A program made the translations under genes and the position numbers. From Candidatus Nealsonbacteria bacterium (GTDB lineage: Bacteria > Patescibacteriota > Minisyncoccia > Minisyncoccales > RBG-13-36-15), in NCBI GenBank assembly GCA_011050465.1, contig DRFQ01000001.1, forward strand, positions 114,860 to 178,859: a stretch of DNA of 64,000 nucleotides. Reading direction: 5' to 3'. This document shows positions 36,959 through 44,413 of the stretch, piece by piece (positions within the stretch are counted from its first letter, which is position 1; the number at the start of each line of letters is the position of its first letter). The notes under the pieces were generated by a model. The model saw only the letters and a list, made by a program, of their open reading frames with translations. It was not told the origin of the DNA and searched no databases.

Positions 36959-37519
36959 CTATTTTACCATAATTGGTTTAATTAGAAAGGTAATTTTTCT
37001 TGTATTCTTATTGATGACCGTCAATTGAATCCAAAGAGTATTTTGTGGCAAGATTTTTAAGATTCTTTCTGCCCACTCAATGGTTATAATATTTTGGGGG
37101 TTAGAAACTATCTTTTGAAAACCTAAGGCTAAAATTTCTCTTGGTTTTTGAATCCGGTAACAATCGATATGGTAAAACCTAGAATACAAACTCTGCCGTT
37201 TTTGACTTGTTTCGCCCTCACTTTTGGTAGAAATCCTTGAAGATTTTTTGTTGAGTTTTTTCGTGTTTTGTAATTCGTACTTTTTCAATATAACGAAAGT
37301 GGGACTTAAAATATTCTCTTGTATCCCTAATCCTTTGGCAAAACCTTGCAAAAAAGTAGTTTTGCCTGCTCCCAAATTACCCTTTAACCCTAAAACAACA
37401 GCCTTATCGCTGTGTAAATATAAATTCAAAATGCTCTTAGCCAAAATAGTGCCAATTTTTTTAGTCTGGCTTGGTTGTTTCGTTAAATATTTTGATCTAA
37501 GTAAAGTTTTTTTTGCCAA
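36959..37519 (-). CDS. tsaE: tRNA threonylcarbamoyladenosine biosynthesis ATPase TsaE (YjeE) with a lineage-specific insertion of about 30 aa
   Basis: 186 aa; 'LKGNLGAGKTTFLQGF', 'SPTFVILKKYE', 'YHIDCYRI'. Confidence 0.7.
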   Translation of the reverse strand: MAKKTLLRSKYLTKQPSQTKKIGTILAKSILNLYLHSDKAVVLGLKGNLGAGKTTFLQGFAKGLGIQENILSPTFVILKKYELQNTKKLNKKSSRISTKSEGETSQKRQSLYSRFYHIDCYRIQKPREILALGFQKIVSNPQNIITIEWAERILKILPQNTLWIQLTVINKNTRKITFLIKPIMVK

Positions 37520-37632
37520 AGTTGACTATTTTAAAAAGATAGTATAAAGTTAAATAATCCGAATTGAATTTCGGTTCCTTATTACACTTTAAAATAGATA
37601 GATAAAAATGTAAATTACCTAGAGGTTCTCAG

Positions 37633-38961
37633 ATGATGAATCCTTCTAATTCGAAAATTACTGGCGAAATTAGAATTTCTCCAGTCATCTTAACTAAGCT
37701 CCAAAAAAAAGTAAAAAACATCTCTCTCTTTAAAAAGATAGTCGAAGATTATTTAGAAAAAAAAATTACTGAGCTCTCAGAGGTTTTGTTGGGAGGAGGG
37801 ATATTGCTAGAAGCTTCTGATTTACATATCGAACCAGAAAAAAATCAGGCCAAATTAAGACTAAGAGTGGATGGTATTTTGCAGGATGTTACGTTTTTCA
37901 ATTTAAAAACATATGAAGTTCTCCTCTCTCGAATAAAACTTCTGTCTGGTATCAAATTTAATATCACTGATCGCCCTCAAGATGGGCGATTTTCTATTTT
38001 ACTGACCCCAAAAAAAGATAAAAAAGAAGAGTCGATTGAAATTAGGACGTCTACTCTCCCCACGGAATACGGAGAGTCAATTGTTTTGCGAATTTTAAAC
38101 CCGAAAAACTTAATTACAATGGAAGCTTTGGGTTTAAGAAAAGACCTTCTGTCTCTTTTTAAAAATAAGATTAAACAACCAAACGGAATGATTATTGTCA
38201 CCGGCCCTACCGGTTCTGGAAAAACAACTACTCTTTATGCTTTTCTGAAAGGAATCCAAAAACCAGAAATTAAAATCATTACTATCGAAGATCCTATAGA
38301 ATATCATTTAGGGAGCATCTCTCAAACCCAAGTGAATCCTGCGAAAAAATATGACTTTGCTAATGGCCTCCGTTCAATTGTCAGGCAAGATCCAGACGTT
38401 ATTTTGGTTGGTGAAATTAGAGATTTAGAAACTGCCAAAATTTCTCTTCAAGCCGCCCTGACGGGGCATTTGGTTTTAACTACTTTGCACACAAACGATG
38501 CCGCCGGCACCATCGCCCGTCTCCAGGCTTTAGGAGAAAAACCAGTCAACATCGCCCCAGCTATTAGCTTAGCTATTGCCCAAAGATTGGTTAGAAAAAT
38601 TTGCAAAAAATGCGGGAAATTAACTGCTGTTTCTCCAGCTGCTTTAAAAAAGATAAAAAGTGAACTTAGAAAACTTTCTAAAGAGGTTGAAATTTCTATC
38701 CCAAAATCAAACCTAAAAATCCCCGCAATTAAAGGCTGTACGGCTTGCAACTTGACTGGTTATCGTGGAAGAATTGGGATTTTTGAAGCTTTTTTGGTTG
38801 ACGATGAAATGGAAAAATTTATTATGTCTTCGCCCTCAATTGCTGCTCTGAGAAAAAAGGCAATAGAAAAAGGAATGTTAACTATGCGGCAGGATGGTCT
38901 GATTAAAGTGCTTCAAGGAACAACTACCTTAGAAGAAGTGGAAAGGGTAGCTGGAGAATAA
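37633..38961 (+). CDS. pilB: Type II/IV secretion / type IV pilus assembly ATPase (GspE/PilB family)
   Basis: 442 aa; Walker A 'GPTGSGKTTTL', Asp box, His box 'LTTLHTND', C-terminal tetracysteine 'CKKCGK...CTACNLTGYRGRIGIFE'. Confidence 0.75.
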   Translation: MMNPSNSKITGEIRISPVILTKLQKKVKNISLFKKIVEDYLEKKITELSEVLLGGGILLEASDLHIEPEKNQAKLRLRVDGILQDVTFFNLKTYEVLLSRIKLLSGIKFNITDRPQDGRFSILLTPKKDKKEESIEIRTSTLPTEYGESIVLRILNPKNLITMEALGLRKDLLSLFKNKIKQPNGMIIVTGPTGSGKTTTLYAFLKGIQKPEIKIITIEDPIEYHLGSISQTQVNPAKKYDFANGLRSIVRQDPDVILVGEIRDLETAKISLQAALTGHLVLTTLHTNDAAGTIARLQALGEKPVNIAPAISLAIAQRLVRKICKKCGKLTAVSPAALKKIKSELRKLSKEVEISIPKSNLKIPAIKGCTACNLTGYRGRIGIFEAFLVDDEMEKFIMSSPSIAALRKKAIEKGMLTMRQDGLIKVLQGTTTLEEVERVAGE

Positions 38962-38988
38962 ACCGAGCACATAAATGATGTGCTCGGT
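38962..38988 (+). terminator. Hairpin terminator after pilB
   Basis: accgagcacataaatgatgtgctcggt. The same CCGAGCACAT...ATGTGCTCGG hairpin also occurs at 29549-29585 after the HK gene. Confidence 0.5.
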
Positions 38989-38995
38989 GAAATTA

Positions 38996-39183
38996 GCCTG
39001 GAGCTGGGGGCAAGGCTTTAGTGTTAGAACGTAAAGTTTGGAATTTTTCCGAGGAATAACCCAGCCCCCCACCATCTTTACCATCTTTTATAAAGCCTTT
39101 ATAAAGCCTTTTGGATTAATTCTAAAAAATGGTAGAGGGCCAGGTTATCCAACTGAGAAAAATTCCAACCCCCAGCTCCAGGC
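38996..39183. repeat. 188-bp palindromic element with 15-bp perfect TIR GCCTGGAGCTGGGGG / CCCCCAGCTCCAGGC
   Basis: Nested inner inverted repeat ttggaatttttc / gaaaaattccaa; AT-rich interior; intergenic between pilB and ruvB. Confidence 0.45.
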
Positions 39184-39217
39184 TAACAACTATATATAAT
39201 AACAGATTATTAAATTT

Positions 39218-40258
39218 ATGTCAAGACCAAATAGGATTTTCCCTTCGAGTCCGCCTATTCTTCAAAAAAAGGTCACTGAAGAAGATAGGGTTTTAGATGT
39301 AACGCTTAGGCCAAGAAATTGGGAAGAATATATTGGTCAAGCAAAAATAAAAAGAAACTTGGGGATAATTATCCAAGCGGCCCAAAAAAGAAAGGAAAAT
39401 CCTGAACACCTTTTATTTTACGGCGGAAGCGGACTAGGTAAAACCACCATTTCTTATATTATTGCCAAAGAGCTAGGAGTTAATATTAAAGTTACTTCCG
39501 GCCCAGCTATTGAAAAAGCTGGTGACTTGGCCGCTATTTTAACCAATCTTTCAGAGGGTGATATCCTTTTTGTCGATGAGCTTCATCGGCTTAATAAACT
39601 TTGCGAGGAAATATTATATCCAGCTCTGGAAGAATTTAAATTAAATTTAATTGTGGGTAAAGGACCGATGGCCAGAACCATGGAGCTTAAACTCCCCCGT
39701 TTTACTTTAATTGGAGCCACAACCCGAATTGCTCTTTTGTCCTCTCCTTTAAGGTCACGCTTTGGAGCTACTTTCCAGTTAAATTTTTATGAGATTGAAG
39801 ATATTGAAAAAATTCTTCAAAGATCAAGCCGGATTTTAGGATTAGAAACCGAACCTGAATCTATAAAGATTATTGCCCAACGTTCGAGGTCCACGCCAAG
39901 GGTAGCCAACCGGCTCTTAAAAAGAGTGAGAGACTTTGCCCAAGTAGAAGGTCAGGGAATAATAACTAAAGAAATTGCCCGATCTGCCTTAGAATTTTTA
40001 GAAATTGATGAAAAAGGCTTAGAATCTGGCGATCGAAAAATCTTAGAAGTAATTATTAAAAAGTTTGATGGTGGGCCAGTCGGTTTACAAGCACTAGCTG
40101 CTTCCACCTCAGAAGAAGAAGATACAGTTTTAGATATCTATGAGCCTTATTTAATGCAATTGGGCTTTATCGAAAGAACATCCCGAGGCAGAATGGTGAC
40201 CAAATCTGCCTATCAACATTTAGGAATAAAATATAAGGGGGCTCAAACTTTGCTTTAA
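39218..40258 (+). CDS. ruvB: Holliday junction DNA helicase RuvB
   Basis: 346 aa; 'LRPRNWEEYIGQ', Walker A 'GGSGLGKTT', 'ILFVDELHRL', sensor and winged-helix regions. Confidence 0.9.
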   Translation: MSRPNRIFPSSPPILQKKVTEEDRVLDVTLRPRNWEEYIGQAKIKRNLGIIIQAAQKRKENPEHLLFYGGSGLGKTTISYIIAKELGVNIKVTSGPAIEKAGDLAAILTNLSEGDILFVDELHRLNKLCEEILYPALEEFKLNLIVGKGPMARTMELKLPRFTLIGATTRIALLSSPLRSRFGATFQLNFYEIEDIEKILQRSSRILGLETEPESIKIIAQRSRSTPRVANRLLKRVRDFAQVEGQGIITKEIARSALEFLEIDEKGLESGDRKILEVIIKKFDGGPVGLQALAASTSEEEDTVLDIYEPYLMQLGFIERTSRGRMVTKSAYQHLGIKYKGAQTLL

Positions 40259-40353
40259 ATAAAGAAAGGGGGTAGCTAAAGTTGTTGGGCGTCTGGAGTC
40301 ATTATTATAAAATCGCTATTTTGGCGGTTTTTATTTTAAAAAATTATCCACTT

Positions 40354-40525
40354 GCCCCCCACCTATTTTACTGCTCAATCTTAAGTCTAACCAAAATACA
40401 CAAAATAGAGGGGTAAAATTCCGGAAACACACTCTCATGAACAGTAAGGTTCACCTTCGGTGGACTGGCTGATTCATCCACCGTGTGCCGCCAGTATATC
40501 AGCTGGCAAAATAGGTGGGGGGGGC
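40354..40525 (+). ncRNA. Candidate structured RNA closed by a 16-bp terminal helix (identity unknown; 6S/SRP-like size)
   Basis: GCCCCCCACCTATTTT ... AAAATAGGTGGGGGGGGC flank about 140 nt containing mutually exclusive hairpins (CACC-TTCG-GTGG versus GGTGGA...TCCACC) and GCCAG-tatatca-CTGGC. The segment CGTGTGCCG...AGCTGGCA resembles the 3' half of 4.5S RNA, but the GGAAGCAGCC domain-IV motif is absent. Confidence 0.25.
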
Positions 40526-40630
40526 TTGACAGCCAGGGGCCTTTTTATTTTTAGAAAGAGACTCGTCCTGAGTTTGTCGAAGGAGTTTACCTTGAACTTA
40601 CTGAAGGGTTGCCTCGGGAAATAAAAACTG

Positions 40631-40652
40631 CCCAGCGATGGGCTTTTTTTTG
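40631..40652 (+). terminator. Intrinsic terminator
   Basis: gcccagcgatgggc followed by tttttttt. Confidence 0.55.
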
Positions 40653-40685
40653 CTGTAACACTTCTCTCTTTATTGTTCGTTGTTT

Positions 40686-40712
40686 AACATCGGATGTTAA
40701 ACATGTCTAAAT
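40686..40712. promoter_or_regulatory. Palindromic operator-like site GTTTAACAT-cgg-ATGTTAAAC upstream of the LTD-repeat protein gene
   Basis: Perfect 9-bp inverted repeat about 35 bp upstream of the 40744 ATG; same half-site as the 4183-4207 palindrome. Confidence 0.35.
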
Positions 40713-40743
40713 TATAGACTATCCTCCAATAATTTGTTAAAGT

Positions 40744-42600
40744 TTGGGTAGGATCATGAAAATTAGATTCTTGGAAATCGCCGTTTTTTTCTTTCTTGTT
40801 TTATTTATCTTCGTTCTGTCGAATGCGTCAGTTCAAGCTGCTAATCCTTTGGACGTGGTTATCAACGAGATAGCGTGGATGGGCACTCAGACAGCCCACC
40901 AAGACGAATGGATTGAGTTATACAATAACACGTCTTCTCTGATAAGTCTTGAGGGTTGGCAGCTGGTGGCTCAAGACGGAGTCCCAGAGATTATCCTGGC
41001 GAGAACTATTCCCGCTAACGGCTATTATCTCTTAGAAAGAACCGACAACACTACTGTTCCCAATATTGCTGCCGATAAAATTTATATTGGAAATTTAGGT
41101 AATAACGGTGAGTATTTAAAAATTTTTGATGCTCAGGATGATTTAATTGATGGAATAAATTATAGCAAAGGTTGGCCTGCTGGCGACAATTCAACTAAAC
41201 AAACAATGGAAAGGGTAAATTCTAACTTAACGGGAACTATTCCCACTAATTGGCAAACGAGCCAAAATTCTGGTGGAACTCCCAAGGCTGAAAATAGTAC
41301 TATTGAATCCGAACCGGAACCAGAACCTGTATGTGAACCCACTGAAGAAATTTGCGATGGAATAGACAATGATTGTGATGGAGAAATAGACGAAGACGGC
41401 ATCTGTGAAACGCCTGAGCCTCCGACCAGCCAACCTGAGCCAATAATTTATCCATCGGGTATTTTTATTAATGAATTTTTGCCATCACCTGAGGGACCCG
41501 ATCTGGATGAGGAATGGATTGAGATTTACAATAACAATCCAACGTCGATTGATTTCTCTGGGTGGACAATCGAAGACACACAAGGCAGCATCAAAATCTA
41601 CACCCTGCCTCAGGGTATTAATATCCAAGGTTATGGATTCTTGGTGTTGAATCGCCCGACATCTAAAATAGTACTGAATAACGATGGAGAGGGATTGATT
41701 TTAAAAGATCCCTTAGGAAAATTAGTAAATTCTGTTAATTATAATGACAAAGCGCCGGAAGGGCAGTCTTATGCCAGGAAAACTAACGGAATTTGGCAAT
41801 GGACTTCAGTCCTTACGCCGGAGCAAGAAAATCGTTTTGCAATTCCAGCAGAAGCTAATCTTGAGGCCGAGGCTGAACCAGAGCCCCAATCCTCCTCCGA
41901 TAAATCTTCGACGGACAAGTCGGAGGACAGACCCAAACCTCAGCCGAAACTTGAGGCCGAAGCCTCCTCCGTTCCACAGAACGGAACTTCGAAAGATAAG
42001 CCTCGGTTTGAATTGACTACCTATCCATCTGGAATTGTTATTAATGAAATTTTACCTTCTCCTGATGGGCCGGACAAAGACAATGAATGGATTGAGATTT
42101 TTAACCAAAACAATTTCGAAGTTAACCTTTCCGATTGGCAAATCCAAGACATGAAGGGCAAAACAAGGACTTATACCTTCTCTCAGGAAACAAAAATTAT
42201 CCCCCGAGGATTTTTGATATTACCCCGACCAACAACAAAAATTACTTTAAATAACGATGGTGATGGATTGAATTTAGTCCAACCCAATGATAACATCGTA
42301 GATCAGGTTATTTATGATAAGGCTCCTTTGAATTCTTCTTACAGCCGAACCCACTCTGGATGGGCATGGAGTAATATTCTAACTCCGGGTTCTGAAAATA
42401 CCGTCCCGGCCAAGACTTCTCAAGGGGCTAAAGAAAATGAAAGCAGCTATTCTAAAATATCAGACAAAGAGCTGGCAGCCGTTGGAAAACAACTTCCGAA
42501 AGCATCTCGTTCTTTGTTTATTCTGTTGGTCGCCGTAGTCATCGCTATTTTTTCCGGAGCAACAGTTTTGGTTTTGAAAAATAAAATCAAGTTAAACTAA
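40744..42600 (+). CDS. Secreted cell-surface protein with three lamin-tail-domain (LTD) repeats, a Cys-rich acidic linker and a C-terminal membrane anchor
   Basis: 618 aa; signal peptide; three copies of 'INE(F/I)(L/A)...(D/E)EWIE(L/I)(Y/F)N...(D/S)(F/L)SGW.I.D'; 'CEPTEEICDGIDNDCDGEIDEDGIC'; C-terminal 'LPKASRSLFILLVAVVIAIFSGATVLVLKNKIK'. Confidence 0.65.
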   Translation: MGRIMKIRFLEIAVFFFLVLFIFVLSNASVQAANPLDVVINEIAWMGTQTAHQDEWIELYNNTSSLISLEGWQLVAQDGVPEIILARTIPANGYYLLERTDNTTVPNIAADKIYIGNLGNNGEYLKIFDAQDDLIDGINYSKGWPAGDNSTKQTMERVNSNLTGTIPTNWQTSQNSGGTPKAENSTIESEPEPEPVCEPTEEICDGIDNDCDGEIDEDGICETPEPPTSQPEPIIYPSGIFINEFLPSPEGPDLDEEWIEIYNNNPTSIDFSGWTIEDTQGSIKIYTLPQGINIQGYGFLVLNRPTSKIVLNNDGEGLILKDPLGKLVNSVNYNDKAPEGQSYARKTNGIWQWTSVLTPEQENRFAIPAEANLEAEAEPEPQSSSDKSSTDKSEDRPKPQPKLEAEASSVPQNGTSKDKPRFELTTYPSGIVINEILPSPDGPDKDNEWIEIFNQNNFEVNLSDWQIQDMKGKTRTYTFSQETKIIPRGFLILPRPTTKITLNNDGDGLNLVQPNDNIVDQVIYDKAPLNSSYSRTHSGWAWSNILTPGSENTVPAKTSQGAKENESSYSKISDKELAAVGKQLPKASRSLFILLVAVVIAIFSGATVLVLKNKIKLN

Positions 42601-42604
42601 AATT

Positions 42605-43336
42605 ATGTCAGGCCATTCGCATTGGAAAAGTATAAAACACAAAAAAGGGATCGCCGACAAGGCGAAAAGTAAGGTTTTCTCGAAGCTTTCTCAGGCAATC
42701 TCGATTGCGGTCCAAGAAAAAGGGCCAGATCCAGAAACAAATTCTAAATTAAGGTTAGCTATAGAAACGGCGCGTTCTTTTAGTTTACCGAGAGATACTA
42801 TTGAACGTGCGATCAAAAAAGGAAGCGGCGAGCTTGAGGGAAAAAAATTAGAACCGATAACCTTTGAAGCTTATGGCCCCGGCGGAATCGCTATTATCGT
42901 CGAGAGTATTACCGATAATAAAAACCGTACTGTAAACGAAATTAAGCAAATTCTAAATCAGAACAACGGGAAACTTGCCGATGCTGGCGCGGTAAAGTGG
43001 CTCTTTGAAAGGAGAGGAATCATCACCCTACGAATTACGAATCAGTACGAATATACAAATAAAGAAGATCTAGAATTAAAAGTGATTGAGGCGGGGGCCG
43101 AAGATATTACTTGGAATAATAACGCCCTGAATATTTACACAAAAATTGAAGATTTCGATAAGGTTAAAAAAAACCTTGAAAGTCAGGAAATCAAGATAGA
43201 ATCCGCCTCTCTGGACTGGGTGGCTAAAGAGAATGTCCAGACCGCGCAAAAATACAAAGAAGCAACTGAAAAATTATTTGCGGCCTTAGACGAATCAGAT
43301 AGCGTTCAAGAAATATATTCAAACCTTAAAGTTTAA
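42605..43336 (+). CDS. yebC: YebC/PmpR-family transcriptional regulator
   Basis: 243 aa; 'MSGHSHWKSIKHKKG' N-terminus and three-domain YebC architecture; contains the 32-nt TACGAAT repeat in frame. Confidence 0.85.
   Translation: MSGHSHWKSIKHKKGIADKAKSKVFSKLSQAISIAVQEKGPDPETNSKLRLAIETARSFSLPRDTIERAIKKGSGELEGKKLEPITFEAYGPGGIAIIVESITDNKNRTVNEIKQILNQNNGKLADAGAVKWLFERRGIITLRITNQYEYTNKEDLELKVIEAGAEDITWNNNALNIYTKIEDFDKVKKNLESQEIKIESASLDWVAKENVQTAQKYKEATEKLFAALDESDSVQEIYSNLKV
43024..43055. repeat. TACGAAT-repeat segment inserted in frame in yebC
   Basis: accctacgaattacgaatcagtacgaatatac is identical over 32 nt to intergenic 58678-58709. Encodes 'TLRITNQYEYT', an extra loop relative to typical YebC. 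Confidence 0.5.
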
Positions 43337-43410
43337 TTGTTAAACTGTTACATTGTTATAGTGACTTCAATTGAACAATGTGACAATATAACAATGTAGT
43401 AATGTAATAA
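43330..43410. promoter_or_regulatory. Inverted array of 8-bp WAAWTGTT units upstream of ruvC
   Basis: aattgttaaactgttacattgttatagtgacttcaattgaacaatgtgacaatataacaatgtagtaatgtaataatgg; contains the 11-bp inverted repeat acattgttata / tataacaatgt. Confidence 0.3.
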
Positions 43411-43955
43411 TGGTAATATTAGGTATTGATCCCGGAACGGCTAAAGTGGGATATGGAGTGATTAGAAAAATCCAAAACCCACCGAACCGAACGAAGTTCG
43501 GGACTCCCCGTAGGGTTGCATCTAAAACTCAATATGGATTAAAATGTTTGAGTTATGGATTAATTCAAACTAGTTCTTCTTCGCCTCCGGCTGAGCGTTT
43601 AAAAAAAATAAGCCAAGAGTTGGGCCAGTTAATAAATAAATACCGGCCAGAGATTTTGGCCGTTGAAAATGTTTATTTCTTTAGAAACTTAAAAACTGCT
43701 CTACCCGTTTCTCAGGCTAAAGGGGTAATTTTACTCGCTGCCGCTAATCACAATATTCCGGTTTACGAATTTACTCCTTCACAGGTAAAAATGGCGGTGG
43801 TGGGATACGGTCGGGCCGAAAAAAGACAAGTCCAAGAAATGGTTAAAATCTTACTTAATTTAAAAGAGCTGCCCCGTTCAGATGACGCAGCAGACGCACT
43901 TGCGATAGCAATCTGTTACACGATTTCCCCTCAAGAACAATATCTTGCGAAGTAA
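43410..43955 (+). CDS. ruvC: Crossover junction endodeoxyribonuclease RuvC with an in-frame insert of about 20 aa
   Basis: 181 aa; 'ILGIDPGTAKVGYGVI', 'AVENVYFF', 'AKGVILLAAA', 'DAADALAIAICY'. Insert 'QNPPNRTKFGTPRRVASKTQYG' is encoded by the GC-rich stretch 43468-43510. Confidence 0.85.
   Translation: MVILGIDPGTAKVGYGVIRKIQNPPNRTKFGTPRRVASKTQYGLKCLSYGLIQTSSSSPPAERLKKISQELGQLINKYRPEILAVENVYFFRNLKTALPVSQAKGVILLAAANHNIPVYEFTPSQVKMAVVGYGRAEKRQVQEMVKILLNLKELPRSDDAADALAIAICYTISPQEQYLAK
43468..43510. repeat. GC-rich palindromic mini-insertion in frame within ruvC
   Basis: cccaccgaaccgaacgaagttcgggactccccgtagggttgc: palindrome ccgaacgaagttcgg plus the CCCCGTAGGG motif that matches the MITE TIR. 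Confidence 0.4.
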
Positions 43956-44062
43956 CTGATACTCAAACCATCGCTCTTGGCTGTGGAAATCTAACTAAAA
44001 AATAAGGTGAATTTCCTATTCTTTCCGATAAAAAACAATGATTTGTTTTGAAAAGAAAAACC

Positions 44063-44090
44063 TTGACAGAGTGTCTTAAAAATCTATAAT
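44063..44090 (+). promoter_or_regulatory. Consensus sigma-70 promoter (TTGACA-16 nt-TATAAT)
   Basis: ccTTGACAgagtgtcttaaaaatcTATAATag, about 100 nt upstream of the small acidic ORF. Confidence 0.5.
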
Positions 44091-44196
44091 AGTTTTAAGC
44101 TGCTGGAAAAGGGGGACGGTAATCAAGAAAAAAAATAAAAACAGGGTTATTATCTCGTTTTTCAAGCGAGCAAAGGTCGCAAAAAACAGGAATACA

Positions 44197-44328
44197 ATGA
44201 AAACTATGTTTTACGAAGAAGATTTTTTTGATCCTCTCGGCCAAGACGAGGAAGGAGTAGGGGTCCCGGAAGAACCATCTGAAGAAAAAACAGAAGAGGA
44301 AGAAGAAACCGAAGAAGAAACTCAATAA
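44197..44328 (+). CDS. Small, highly acidic protein (43 aa), unannotated because under the ORF-track length cut-off
   Basis: ATG...TAA ORF 'MKTMFYEEDFFDPLGQDEEGVGVPEEPSEEKTEEEEETEEETQ' bracketed by a consensus promoter and a strong terminator. The 76-aa antisense ORF called on the minus strand is poly-Phe and looks spurious. Confidence 0.4.
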   Translation: MKTMFYEEDFFDPLGQDEEGVGVPEEPSEEKTEEEEETEEETQ

Positions 44329-44330
44329 AC

Positions 44331-44355
44331 AAAGCCCCGTTTCAAACGGGGTTTT
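44331..44355 (+). terminator. Intrinsic terminator
   Basis: aaagccccgtttcaaacggggtttt. Confidence 0.65.
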
Positions 44356-44413
44356 ACTTTTTAAAAACTTATTGCCGTAATGGCAGAAATTTAGTGAAAT
44401 AATTCAAATAATA

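Noticed and set aside
44095-44325. 76-aa minus-strand ORF
   Set aside because: Poly-Phe low-complexity product antisense to a promoter/terminator-bracketed plus-strand small ORF.
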